Below are positions 43,882-53,355 of a stretch of DNA of 64,000 bases, one piece after another. Position 1 is the first letter of the stretch; the number at the start of each line of letters is the position of its first letter. Origin of the DNA: Verrucomicrobiota bacterium (GTDB taxonomy: Bacteria > Verrucomicrobiota > Verrucomicrobiia > Limisphaerales > UBA9464); assembly GCA_017309115.1 (NCBI GenBank), contig JAFLEF010000037.1:4350-68349 (forward strand), given 5' to 3'. Under the pieces are notes generated by a model that searched no databases, had not been told where the DNA came from, and saw nothing but the letters and a program-made list of their open reading frames with translations. The position numbers and the translations under genes are program-made.

Positions 43882-44298
43882 CTATTCTTCGAGAAACACC
43901 ACCGGCTTCTCGTAAATCGCCAAAACAATGCAACCCGCTTCGCTGATCACCCGGTGGGACGTTCCCGGCGGATTGATCATCAGGGTCCCCGCCGTGGCGA
44001 CGCTGTTCTGATCCCGCTGCGATCCCGCCAAGATCAGGATGTGCTCATAGCCGGCATGGGAGTGCAGCGGGATCCGTCCCGCCTTTTGGAAACGCAGCAG
44101 CGCCGCCGTCGGCCCGGTCCGACCATCGCCGTACAGCCGGTGAATCTGCACGCCCTCGCGAAAGGGTTGCCAGGGGATCTGATCCGCCCGCGCGGCCAGT
44201 TGGAACAACTCCGTCAGTTCGATCCGGGGATAAGTGGGGAGCGAGAGTGAGGTGTCAGACACGTTGGGACGAAAGCCTACCGGGCGGGTGCGCGACAT
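43882..44298 (-). CDS. Cupin domain protein (ChrR-like cupin)
   Basis: IPWQPFREGVQIHRLYGDGRTGPTAALLRFQKAGRIPLHSHAGYEHILILAGSQRD...PPGTSHRV is a two-motif cupin. I prefer the ATG at 44298, because the upstream part of ORF 43882..44508 is R/P/W-rich and overlaps the next gene. Confidence 0.6.
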   Translation of the reverse strand: MSRTRPVGFRPNVSDTSLSLPTYPRIELTELFQLAARADQIPWQPFREGVQIHRLYGDGRTGPTAALLRFQKAGRIPLHSHAGYEHILILAGSQRDQNSVATAGTLMINPPGTSHRVISEAGCIVLAIYEKPVVFLEE

Positions 44299-44449
44299 CA
44301 AAGCCCCGGTTGTCGGGGAAATATCCCTCCGCCAAGCCGGCCACCGGCCCCGGTGGAAGCAACGGGCTTCGCCTGGAGGAACCAAGGCAAACCAGGGCCG
44401 GCGCCGGAAGGTCGAACTACTTTGGTCTGTCGGGAGACACGGCATCTGC

Positions 44450-45133
44450 TTACTTCGAAATCGCCTGAATGAAGGCCGCGGAATCCGCGACCGCCCCGAA
44501 AACGCCACCCTGCATTTTGATCATTTTCAAGGCGGCGCGGTAATTGCCCACGTCCGTCGCCCCCGTGCAATCCGAGAGCATCAAGCACTCGTAGCCGCGG
44601 TCATTGGCCTCGCGCATGGTGGTATGGACACACACATCCGTGGTGATACCCGCTAAGGCAATGTTCTGGATCTGACGCCGTCGAAGCAGCATGTCCAGGT
44701 CAGTGGCGTAGAACGACCCCTTGCCCGGCTTGTCGATGACCGCTTCCCCGGGCAGGGGCGCCAGCTCAGGAATGATGTCCCAGCCGGGTTCGCCCCGAAT
44801 CAGAATCCGTCCGCACGGGCCGGCATCGCCAATTCCCGCCCCAATCCGCTGGCTGCGCCACCGCTTGTTCTCGGGCAGATCCGCCAAGTCCGGCCGATGT
44901 CCCTCCCGGGTGTGCATGATGTGAAATCCGGCCGCCCGGGCCGCCGCCAACACCTTCTTGATCGGCTCAATCGGAGCCCGGGTCAGGGACAGGTCGTAAC
45001 CCATCTTGTCCACGTACCCGCCGACCCCGCAAAAGTCGGTCTGCATGTCGATGACCAGCACGACGGTATTCTCGGGCCGCAAATCACCATTGTACGGCCA
45101 GGGATACGGATCAGCTGCCACGGTGCGCTTCAT
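44450..45133 (-). CDS. Isochorismatase-like (IHL) cysteine amidohydrolase, paralog A
   Basis: The Asp-Lys-Cys triad motifs are present: [31 protein letters not shown]. The insert [14 protein letters not shown] is shared with paralog B. ATGA overlap with the permease stop. Confidence 0.85.
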   Translation of the reverse strand: MKRTVAADPYPWPYNGDLRPENTVVLVIDMQTDFCGVGGYVDKMGYDLSLTRAPIEPIKKVLAAARAAGFHIMHTREGHRPDLADLPENKRWRSQRIGAGIGDAGPCGRILIRGEPGWDIIPELAPLPGEAVIDKPGKGSFYATDLDMLLRRRQIQNIALAGITTDVCVHTTMREANDRGYECLMLSDCTGATDVGNYRAALKMIKMQGGVFGAVADSAAFIQAISK

Positions 45134-46743
45134 GCGGTCGCTCCTTGGGGTTCATGGTGGGACTCTTCGGCATGGACCACCGGCGCCGGCACGGTGGCAA
45201 ACTTGGCGCAGGCTGCGAACAGCACCGCCACCAACCCATAGCTTGCCGCCACCACCGGTGATTGCCCGATGCCAATGCGTTCTCCGTGCATGAATCCGAA
45301 ATAGGTCATCAGCGCTCCCGCCAGGGCAAAGCCCGCCGCCTTGTAGAATCTCCGGTCAATGATGCACACGGCGATCGCCCCGAGGATCAAGCCGCCCAAA
45401 ATTGATCCACCGCCGAGTACCTGCAGACCATGATACAGCACGCCTTCGTTGCGCATTTTGCCCTCGAGATCCGCCAGTTGTTGCGGACTCAAAGCCGGCA
45501 TGACCGTTCCCGCCGCCGCCAATGCGCCGTTGATCAACGTCACGGCCCAGTTGGCCAGATGCGGAACCAGCGAGAGGATGATCGCCGGCGCGTGGGACTT
45601 CGGAGTCTCCTGGAAGGCCTGCGAACCAATCAGCATCGCGATGTAGAGCAGGATCGGGAGAATCGCCACCGCCGGAATGACCGCCAACATCAGCGAGATC
45701 GTTCCAAACCAGCACAGCAGGATCACCAGGATTCCCGTCGCCGCCGAGTATCCGATTCGCCCGCCCATCGCCTTCCAACCCGGATGCCCAATGTACACGG
45801 CGTTGATGAACGGATTACCCATCATACATCCGATCAGGCTGACCACGCCGTCCGCGGTCAGCACCCGAACCGTCGGGAAGCTGTCCCCAGCTACCGCGGC
45901 GCTCTCCACGTTGTCGATGGCTTCCACCAGGTCATAGATGCCGAACGGGATGGCAGTCACGAGCAGGATTCCCAGGAACTCAAACCCGGAGAACACATGC
46001 CCGAACGCCGGCAACGGCACCCGGAACCCGAAGCTGGTGAAAGCATCCGTCACTCCCTTCAACGACATCCCGCCGAAGTTCAATCCCACGGCCGTCGAAC
46101 CCCAGGCAATCGCCGTGCCCACCGCAATGGCGATCAGACCCGCAGGCACTCCCCGATACCGCACGCCGCCAAACCAGCTCAGCAAGATGATCGCAAAGCA
46201 CACCAACCCGATCACCGGATTGAGGAACATCTCCAGCGCCGGTCGCATCGAGATGAAGGTAATGGAAACACCGGCCAGTGTGCCCAGCAGGGCGGCTCGC
46301 GGCGTGATCTTGCGAATCCACGGCGCCACAAACCCGCCAATCATCAACACAAAGCTTTGAATGAACACCCAAGTCAGTCCCGCCTCCCAACCCTTGATTG
46401 GATCACCCGTCTTGAGGGTGATGGGCAGCATGATCACGAAGGTGACCACGAACATGTGGGGCACGCTGATCCCAGAGGGCAGTGCGCAAATGTCCGAGCG
46501 GCCGGTCTTCAACGCCAATTTGTAGGCCAGCCAGGCGTAGTACATCGTGGACAGAAACAGCATCAGTCCAGTCGCGGGCAGGATTCGCCCAAAGACGAGG
46601 TCGTCCGGCATTTTCAGCACAAACCGGAGCAGCGCCGTCAGCGTGAGCAAATTGACCAGGATGTTTGTGCCGAAGCCGAAGAAGGCATTCCAGTCTCCGG
46701 GCACCCAAATCTTGGGTTTAGTGAGCGTGGCAGTGGTGTTCAT
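45130..46743 (-). CDS. Polytopic permease, NCS2/AzgA-like (xanthine/uracil permease superfamily)
   Basis: 537 aa with ~12-14 hydrophobic segments. The N-terminus [18 protein letters not shown] and the overall layout are reminiscent of AzgA-type purine-like permeases. The family call is from memory only. Confidence 0.55.
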   Translation of the reverse strand: MNTTATLTKPKIWVPGDWNAFFGFGTNILVNLLTLTALLRFVLKMPDDLVFGRILPATGLMLFLSTMYYAWLAYKLALKTGRSDICALPSGISVPHMFVVTFVIMLPITLKTGDPIKGWEAGLTWVFIQSFVLMIGGFVAPWIRKITPRAALLGTLAGVSITFISMRPALEMFLNPVIGLVCFAIILLSWFGGVRYRGVPAGLIAIAVGTAIAWGSTAVGLNFGGMSLKGVTDAFTSFGFRVPLPAFGHVFSGFEFLGILLVTAIPFGIYDLVEAIDNVESAAVAGDSFPTVRVLTADGVVSLIGCMMGNPFINAVYIGHPGWKAMGGRIGYSAATGILVILLCWFGTISLMLAVIPAVAILPILLYIAMLIGSQAFQETPKSHAPAIILSLVPHLANWAVTLINGALAAAGTVMPALSPQQLADLEGKMRNEGVLYHGLQVLGGGSILGGLILGAIAVCIIDRRFYKAAGFALAGALMTYFGFMHGERIGIGQSPVVAASYGLVAVLFAACAKFATVPAPVVHAEESHHEPQGATA

Positions 46744-46782
46744 GGAACTCAGATATCTGCAAGGGGTGGGGTTGGGGAAAAC

Positions 46783-47460
46783 TTACGAGAGGACAGAGAC
46801 CAGGCGGTCGGAATGGGTGACCCAGCCGAAGATGCCGCCCTGGGCTTTGATCATGTTCAGACCCATTTCCTGGAAATGGGGGAAGTAGGAACCCACACAA
46901 TCCTCAGGCACGAGGCAGTCATAGCCCCGGTCATTGGCCTCGCGGACGGTGGTGTTGACGCAGACCTCGGTCGTCACTCCGGTGACCACCAACTGGGTGA
47001 GTCCCTGATGCTGCAGAATCGACTGCAGATCCGTGGCGTAGAAAGCGCCCTTGCCCGGCTTGTCGATGATCGGTTCCGAAGGCAGCGGGTAAAGTTCGGG
47101 AATGATGTCATGCCCGACTTCTCCCCGAACGAGGATTCGACCCATCGGGCCGACATCCCCGATGCAGGTCGTACCCCGCCCGCGAATCTTCTTCGCCGGC
47201 GGTAGATCGGTGAGATCGGGCCGATGCCCTTCGCGGGTGTGAATCACCGTCAGGCCCGCCTTTCGCCAGGCGGCCAGAAGGCGGCGGTTGGGTTCAATGG
47301 TCCGACGCAACTGAGAGACGTCGTTCCCCAACATTTCCCCGAAACCGCCGGGCTCGAGAAAGTCCCGCTGCATATCTATAATCAGCAGCGCGCACTTCGC
47401 CGGAGTCCACTCGAAGGGATAAGGCTCCGCTTCGATCGGTATCGTGGGTGGGAGTTGCAT
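46783..47460 (-). CDS. Isochorismatase-like (IHL) cysteine amidohydrolase, paralog B
   Basis: Triad motifs [49 protein letters not shown] is also present. By eye, about half the positions are identical to paralog A. Confidence 0.85.
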   Translation of the reverse strand: MQLPPTIPIEAEPYPFEWTPAKCALLIIDMQRDFLEPGGFGEMLGNDVSQLRRTIEPNRRLLAAWRKAGLTVIHTREGHRPDLTDLPPAKKIRGRGTTCIGDVGPMGRILVRGEVGHDIIPELYPLPSEPIIDKPGKGAFYATDLQSILQHQGLTQLVVTGVTTEVCVNTTVREANDRGYDCLVPEDCVGSYFPHFQEMGLNMIKAQGGIFGWVTHSDRLVSVLS

Positions 47461-47474
47461 GGGTTGGCAGAGAA

Positions 47475-48482
47475 TCAGAAGAAGATACCAATACCTCCGT
47501 ACACCTGGGTGATGTCGGAGACCGCTTTGCCCGGGGCATTGAACTGCTGCATGCCCTGGAGATTTTCGTCGATGAAGTCCTGGAAGCGGAAGCCAACGTG
47601 GAAGTTCCAGTTGCCGTAGCCCGGCGCGATGAACTTCAACGGCACACTGCCCTTCACCCCCAGTTCGTAGAGGCCCACGGTCGAGCTCGGTCCGTAGTAC
47701 TCGCCGTAGAAGTTCGAGTCCGGCAGCAATACCCGCAGCGGCGCCTCCAGCCGAATCTGATACTTACTGAACGTGTATCCCGGGGTCACCCCGAGCTCAA
47801 AATAGAATCCTTCGCCCGGTCCCGGTTCGCCCAGAAACACATTGTACGGAACCCTCGCCGCCGTGGCCTTTTCGGAGAGTTCAGCCCAGAACATGAAATA
47901 GGGGCGCAGCGAGAACTGCTTCAGCCAGGGAGAATCATCCAACGTCAACTTCACCTCCAGATTCTGCGACGTCGGGATGTCCAGGATCTGCATGTTGAAG
48001 ACGCTGTAGGTCATGTCCAACTTCAGCTGCTTCATCAGCGTCAGCGAAACTCCGGCGATGGCATCAATTTCCACCCAATGGGTCTTGGGCTCGCTGCCGA
48101 AGGGCGCCTGCCGGGAGACGGGTTCCGTGGCGAAGTCGTTCCAGACTCCGCCCACCAACGTCACGTCATTCACGAAGGAGTCGGACTTGTAGACGTTCAC
48201 GAATCCCAAGAGCAATGGCTGAAAGGTCAAACCGTCGTCTTGGACGATCATGCCGCGGGGCGTCAGATACGCGTCGGCGAATTCAAAGTTCAACAGCATG
48301 TTGACCCGCGACGGTGACGGCGGCGGACTGGGATCCTGCCCTTCGTTGATTTGCGCGACGGCCGAGAGCCCGGGAGCGCTCAACAACGCCGCCGTTGCCA
48401 GCGAACGCCAGGGACGAGAAACACCGGAATAGCCAGACCGGTGGGAAACCGCAGATGTCTTCGAGGAAGCCAACATGTTCAC
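47475..48482 (-). CDS. Putative outer-membrane beta-barrel (porin-like) protein
   Basis: Signal peptide ...LATAALLSAPGLSAVAQ. Amphipathic beta-strand pattern rich in Y/F/G. The C-terminal GGIGIFF has an OMP-type terminal Phe. It is the first gene of the hydrolase/permease run. Confidence 0.55.
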   Translation of the reverse strand: MNMLASSKTSAVSHRSGYSGVSRPWRSLATAALLSAPGLSAVAQINEGQDPSPPPSPSRVNMLLNFEFADAYLTPRGMIVQDDGLTFQPLLLGFVNVYKSDSFVNDVTLVGGVWNDFATEPVSRQAPFGSEPKTHWVEIDAIAGVSLTLMKQLKLDMTYSVFNMQILDIPTSQNLEVKLTLDDSPWLKQFSLRPYFMFWAELSEKATAARVPYNVFLGEPGPGEGFYFELGVTPGYTFSKYQIRLEAPLRVLLPDSNFYGEYYGPSSTVGLYELGVKGSVPLKFIAPGYGNWNFHVGFRFQDFIDENLQGMQQFNAPGKAVSDITQVYGGIGIFF

Positions 48483-48532
48483 AGGAGGTTCGAGGGTGGG
48501 ACCGCGAGTTCATCGACTCGCTGCCCTCCTTA

Positions 48533-48549
48533 AAGCTCCCGCCATGCCA
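48533..48549 (-). promoter_or_regulatory. Candidate sigma-54 (-24/-12) promoter upstream of the beta-barrel gene
   Basis: The minus strand reads TGGCATGGCGGGAGCTT. The GG and GC dinucleotides have the canonical spacing of TGGCAC-N5-TTGC. It lies ~50-65 nt upstream of the start at 48482, next to a gene for a GAFTGA-containing activator. The -12 box is imperfect (GAGCT). Confidence 0.35.
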
Positions 48550-48674
48550 GCGGCACCACTGTCCAAAAACCTCGTGTTTACAGGGCTTTCTCCTTCCGCC
48601 CTCCCCGGGCCGCCAAACCTCGCCTGTTTCAAGTGTCGCCTGTGAAACACCTGCGACAGAGGGTCGGGATGGTC

Positions 48675-50189
48675 TCATGCGCTTCCTTCGCGTCCGGCCG
48701 CCGCCGGTTGCTCCTCCAACGCAAGTTTGCGGTAGATGCGCGTGCGATGAACCCCGAGCAGTCGGGCCGCATCCGCAATGTTGCCACCGGTCTCCTGCAA
48801 GGCGCGCTGAATTAAAAGATCCTCCGCGGCCGCCAGATTCAATGGCAGTTCCTCCACCGCCAGCGGACGGCTGCGAACCGGGGAGTCACTGACCCGTCGC
48901 CCTCCCGGCAAGCCCAGATGCGCCGCCTCAATCGATCCGCCGCCGCTCTCAATCAGCGCGCGCTCCATCACGTTCTTGAGCTCCCGTACATTCCCCGGAA
49001 AGGCATGCTGCGACAGCGCCCTCTCGGCTCCCGGCGTCAGCAGCGGCGGACGCAGCCCCATCTCCCGAGCGAACACTCCCAGGAAGTGTCGCGCGAGCAA
49101 CGGCACATCCTCCGACCGCTCCCGCAGGGCTGGCGTGTGCACCCGATATCGGGCCAGGCGGAAGAACAGATCCTGACGAAACGTTCCCGCCGCTACCCGG
49201 GCATCAAGATCGGCATTGGTCGCGGCGACAATGCGAACATCCACCTGCCGCGCGTGCGTGGCACCCACCGGAGTGATGCGTCCATCTTCCAACACACGGA
49301 GCAGCTTGACCTGAAGGCTCACCGGCATGTCGCCGATTTCGTCGAGAAACAGCGTCCCGCCATCCGCCAGTTCGAAATAACCTTTCCGATCCGTCAGCGC
49401 TCCGGTGAATGCCCCGCGGACATGCCCAAACAGTAGCGACTCCGCCAGTTCCCCAGGGATCGCTACGCAGTTCACCGGGATGAACGGACCCTGGGCGCGT
49501 TGACTGTCAAAGTGGATGGCCCGTGCGACGAGCTCCTTGCCCGTACCGCTTTCTCCGGTGATCAGGACGGAGGTTCGGGCAAACGCATGCAACCGCCGAA
49601 TCTCCTCCACGACCTTGCGAATATGCGGACTGGCTCCCACCAGTCCGGCGACGTTCCAGCGCTCGGCTTCCCGACCCGACATCACCGCGAGCTGTTCGTC
49701 CGCCCGTTCCAGCGCCAGTTCGGCCTGCTTCCGTCGCTGCATCTCCGCAGTGAGCTCGGCGGTGCGCGTTTCCAAGGCCTGATTCTTCTCCCGTAATTCC
49801 CGAGTCAACCGATTCAGCCGCAGATGGGTCGCCACCCGGCTCAGCACTTCGTCGGTCTGGAAGGGCTTCACCACGTAGTCCACACCCCCGGCGCGAAACC
49901 CATCCACCACGCTGGTCAGTTCGGTTCGCGCCGACAGAAAAATCACCGGAATCTCCCGCGTGGCTGGATCCGCCTTCAGCCGCCGACAGGTCTCCAAGCC
50001 GTCCACTTCTGGCATGAGGATGTCCAGCAGGATGAGCTCCGGGGCCGCCCGGTTCGCCACCTTGATTGCCGCCAAACCGCTGGACGCCGCCAGAATCTCG
50101 TACCCTTCAGGTTCCAGCGCCGCAGTCAGCAACGCCAGGTTCTGCGGCACATCATCCACCACCAGGATTTTTCCGGACGTAGGCGACAT
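48675..50189 (-). CDS. Sigma-54-dependent response regulator (NtrC family: REC + coiled-coil linker + AAA+ + Fis HTH)
   Basis: REC domain (KILVVDDVPQNL...DILMPEVDG). Walker A GESGTGKELVARAIH. GAFTGA loop (VRGAFTGAL). The C-terminal HTH is GNIADAARLLGVHRTRIYRKL. Confidence 0.9.
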   Translation of the reverse strand: MSPTSGKILVVDDVPQNLALLTAALEPEGYEILAASSGLAAIKVANRAAPELILLDILMPEVDGLETCRRLKADPATREIPVIFLSARTELTSVVDGFRAGGVDYVVKPFQTDEVLSRVATHLRLNRLTRELREKNQALETRTAELTAEMQRRKQAELALERADEQLAVMSGREAERWNVAGLVGASPHIRKVVEEIRRLHAFARTSVLITGESGTGKELVARAIHFDSQRAQGPFIPVNCVAIPGELAESLLFGHVRGAFTGALTDRKGYFELADGGTLFLDEIGDMPVSLQVKLLRVLEDGRITPVGATHARQVDVRIVAATNADLDARVAAGTFRQDLFFRLARYRVHTPALRERSEDVPLLARHFLGVFAREMGLRPPLLTPGAERALSQHAFPGNVRELKNVMERALIESGGGSIEAAHLGLPGGRRVSDSPVRSRPLAVEELPLNLAAAEDLLIQRALQETGGNIADAARLLGVHRTRIYRKLALEEQPAAAGREGSA

Positions 50190-50210
50190 GAAGGTCGAAG
50201 GAGACGAGTT

Positions 50211-52664
50211 CTAGGTTCCGGAGGGAGTTTCGACCGGCCGGGGTGTGACCGCTTCGGACAGCAAGCGAAGAATGGCGTCCATGTCGTAGCTGCGCATCCG
50301 ATGGCGGATCAACTCCGCCAACACCCGCGCCTCGGGCCCGTGATCACGGAGCTCCACCAAGGCAGCCTTAAGCGCCGTAGTGCTGTGCAATTCAGCGGCC
50401 ACCGTTAATCGTCCGAGCAGATCTTCGGGCAGGGTGATCCGGGGCAGCGGGGCCGACATTGCCGTCAGATGTTCCACCCCCGATTCGGCCAACTCAAACT
50501 CCACTCCCAACTGCCGCGACAAGCAGTCATAGAGCCGCTCGGCGCGAAACGGCTTCGCCAAAAAGTCGACGCAACCCGCGGCGCGGGCCTCCGCCTCGAA
50601 GGCGGGGAGTGCGGACGCGGTATGCGCCACGATCGCTAGCCGAGGGTGAGTCGCCCGCAGCTTCCGCGCGACTTCCAGACCACTGATCCCAGGCAACAGC
50701 AGATCCAAAAACACAATGTCCGGGACCTTCCGCCCGATTGCTTCCAGCGCCGATTCGCCATCGGCGGCCAATTCAACGTCGCAGCCAATCACGGTCAGCA
50801 GCCCGCCCAACACATCGCGATTTTCCCGGGCATCATCCACCACCAAGGCGCTCACCTTCGTTCCTGGTTTGAGCTGCTTCACATCCTGCCCCACCGCTGG
50901 AAAATCCGCCTGGCTGACCGGAAGAGGTACTTCAAAGTGGAATCGCGAGCCAATGCCCTCGGCGGACTGCAACTCGAGCTGACCTCCCAAGAGTTCCACC
51001 TGGCGGCGCGCAATGGCGAGTCCCAATCCCGTCCCTGCCTGATCCCGGGCTCCCCGGCCCTGATGGAACGGCTCAAAGATATCCCGCTGCTCCTCAGGGG
51101 GAATTCCCAGTCCGGTGTCGATCACCTCAAACCGCCAGCGATTCTCCCCCACGCGTCGCGCCTGGACGTACACCTCGCCGCGTCGAGTGAACTTCACGGC
51201 ATTGCCCAACAAATTGATCAGGACCTGACGCAGTTTCCCCTCGTCCCCGCGCACCGCCAAGGTCCCCTCCGGATGCACCTCCATCCGGAATCCGATGCGC
51301 TTCTGGGCGCACAACGGATGGAACGTCGCCGCCAGACTGCGCACTAAGGCGGTCAGATCGAAGTCGACCGGATTCAATTCCATCCGTCCGGCCTCAATCT
51401 TCGACAGATCCAAGATCTCATTGATCAACCCCAACAAGTGCTGGCCGCTGGAACTGATTCCGGCCAGGGCATCGTGTTGTTCCGGCGGCAACGATGGATC
51501 CCGACGCATCAACTGGGCGTACCCCAGGATCGCGTTCAACGGAGTGCGAATCTCGTGGCTCATGTTGGCCAGGAAGTCGGACTTCGCCTGATTGGCCGCC
51601 GCCGCTGCCGCCTCGGCCTCCTGCCGCACCCGGACTTCCTCCTGCAACGCCGCATTGGCCGCCGCGATGTCTTCGGTCCGACGCCAGTTGCCAATCAGGT
51701 AGGCCGTCAGCAGTCCGGAAAACGCCAGTCCCCCCAGCAGCACCCAGCGCGACTGCGTGCGAGTCTGCTTCGACGCAAAGGTGGGCGTCGGCGTGAACAC
51801 CAGCGTCCAGGGACGCCCGGCAAATTCCAGGGTCGTGCGCTGAACTCCATCGGCCGGGGTCAGGGCCAGAGTCGTGTCCCCGAACATCCATTCCCCGCTC
51901 GGTGACTCGTCGAACAACGCCGCCCGAATACCGCCCAAATGCAATTCCCGGAAAGCCGACTCCACCAGTGCGGCCACGCGGAAAACGGCGACGGCGAACC
52001 CGGCCAGTTCCCGTTCCCGATGAAACACCGGACGCAACACCAGCAACCCGGCCTCGCCCTCAGGACCTTGGGCCAACCGGACCGGAGCCGTCGCCACCGG
52101 CTGTCCGGAAGTCCGCGCCGCCTCGATGGATCCCCGACGCCGCGCATCCGATTCCAGATCGAACCCCAGAGCCAGCGCGTTTCGTTCCGGAGGTTCGATC
52201 AGATAGACGGGGACATACTCCGGACGGATTCCGGCGGGCACCAGTGCTCCTTCGGGTGAGTGTTCCCGGAACTCAAAGGACTCCACTCCTTCCGCCCGGG
52301 CAGCGACTTCAAAGGCAGCCCGCTGGGAGGCGGGGACCCAGGGATTCCATGAGAGCGCCTGGAGTTCCGGCTGACGTTCCAAGGCGGGCCGGACAAACGC
52401 GCGAAACTGGCGGCGACTGATTCCGCCTTCGACGTCGTGCAACGCGGCAATGGAATGCAGGACTTCGATCGACTGCAGCATGCTGACCTGCAGTTTCTCC
52501 ACCTGTTCCCGGGTGAAGTCGGCCGCACGCAGATTGAGTTCGCGTTGTTCCCACGACCGCAGGTTCTCGTAGAGCACTCCCGACAACGCGAGAGCCAACC
52601 CCACCACGCTGAAAATCCAGAATGGGGGCCACCGGCGGCGCTGCTGAAAGGTCCTGCGTGGCAA
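50211..52664 (-). CDS. Hybrid sensor histidine kinase with a periplasmic CHASE domain (CHASE-TM-HisKA-HATPase-REC + C-terminal helical tail)
   Basis: TTG start. An N-terminal TM helix is followed by CHASE-like blocks ([55 protein letters not shown]). The H-box is [17 protein letters not shown]. HATPase G-boxes are present ([14 protein letters not shown]). REC domain ([12 protein letters not shown]...DLLLPGISG). Confidence 0.9.
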   Translation of the reverse strand: MPRRTFQQRRRWPPFWIFSVVGLALALSGVLYENLRSWEQRELNLRAADFTREQVEKLQVSMLQSIEVLHSIAALHDVEGGISRRQFRAFVRPALERQPELQALSWNPWVPASQRAAFEVAARAEGVESFEFREHSPEGALVPAGIRPEYVPVYLIEPPERNALALGFDLESDARRRGSIEAARTSGQPVATAPVRLAQGPEGEAGLLVLRPVFHRERELAGFAVAVFRVAALVESAFRELHLGGIRAALFDESPSGEWMFGDTTLALTPADGVQRTTLEFAGRPWTLVFTPTPTFASKQTRTQSRWVLLGGLAFSGLLTAYLIGNWRRTEDIAAANAALQEEVRVRQEAEAAAAAANQAKSDFLANMSHEIRTPLNAILGYAQLMRRDPSLPPEQHDALAGISSSGQHLLGLINEILDLSKIEAGRMELNPVDFDLTALVRSLAATFHPLCAQKRIGFRMEVHPEGTLAVRGDEGKLRQVLINLLGNAVKFTRRGEVYVQARRVGENRWRFEVIDTGLGIPPEEQRDIFEPFHQGRGARDQAGTGLGLAIARRQVELLGGQLELQSAEGIGSRFHFEVPLPVSQADFPAVGQDVKQLKPGTKVSALVVDDARENRDVLGGLLTVIGCDVELAADGESALEAIGRKVPDIVFLDLLLPGISGLEVARKLRATHPRLAIVAHTASALPAFEAEARAAGCVDFLAKPFRAERLYDCLSRQLGVEFELAESGVEHLTAMSAPLPRITLPEDLLGRLTVAAELHSTTALKAALVELRDHGPEARVLAELIRHRMRSYDMDAILRLLSEAVTPRPVETPSGT

Positions 52665-52811
52665 CTCTAACCGGTGGAAGCACTTTGTTTGCCGAGGGGC
52701 CTTTGGCTCAGCAGAAGCCCCGCAATTACCGTCAGCGCAACGCCCCCATTCTCAACGACTCCCGACGCCCCCGCCTAAATCCCCACAGCCTGAGCAATTC
52801 TCGTCCACCTG

Positions 52812-53027
52812 CCTCTCGCCCGCCCGGCAGAGCGAGGTTCCACCGAGCCGTACGTGCAGCAGACACAGGACGTACGTTTCCCCATCCGCATGGCCCACGC
52901 GAAGCGTCTTGGACTGCGGGAGCCCTCTACCGCTTTTCGTCCCGGCTGCTGACGCGTCGATTACTGCCGAACCCCCAACCGACCTCTCGCCCGCCCGGTA
53001 GGGCGAGGTTCCACCGAGCCGTACGTG
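52812..53027 (+). repeat. Two direct copies (171 bp apart) of the REP-like head cctctcgcccgcccgg(c/t)ag(a/g)gcgaggttccaccgagccgtacgtgc
   Basis: 52812..52856 and 52983..53027 are near-identical. Between them lies an inverted copy (52898..52930) of the W-type repeat found at 53205 and 54237. Confidence 0.8.
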
Positions 53028-53204
53028 CTAGCCCGGATATTTCACAGGCTTTCGTCGCGAGGCGCCGCGAAAGCCCGTCTGGCAAGGCGGCCGAAGCGAT
53101 TCCGAACCGGGCTGTATGGGGACATACTTTCCGGCGAGGAATGCGAGGCCAACGCCGCCAGTCTGGCTTGCAGCCAGCCGCAGCAGCAAGAGTGAGAAAT
53201 ATCC

Positions 53205-53328
53205 GGGCTAGAGGGCTGCCGCACTCCAAACGCTTCGCGCCTCCTTCACCGTTTCTCCAAGTCTCCCCCTCCCACTTTCTCCCCTCTCCAGTTCCCTTTC
53301 CTGTTTTCATGTTTTCCAGATTCACTCC
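53205..53328 (+). repeat. Composite W+V repeat, left flank of the ATP-grasp gene
   Basis: gggctagagggctgccgcactccaaacgcttcgcgcctccttcacc (W) is followed by caagtctccccctcccactttctcc...ttccagattcactcc (V). A direct repeat of it lies at 54237..54340, and the V part also occurs at 42511..42577. Confidence 0.8.
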
Positions 53329-53355
53329 TTTTTGCGACTGATCGGAGATCAAATC

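Noticed and set aside
42585-53328. The ureG-to-kinase segment as a horizontally acquired genomic island or mobile element
   Set aside because: V-type repeats occur near both ends, but there is no integrase, transposase, tRNA target or obvious compositional break. ureG itself lies inside the segment. I describe it as a nested module rather than a mobile element.
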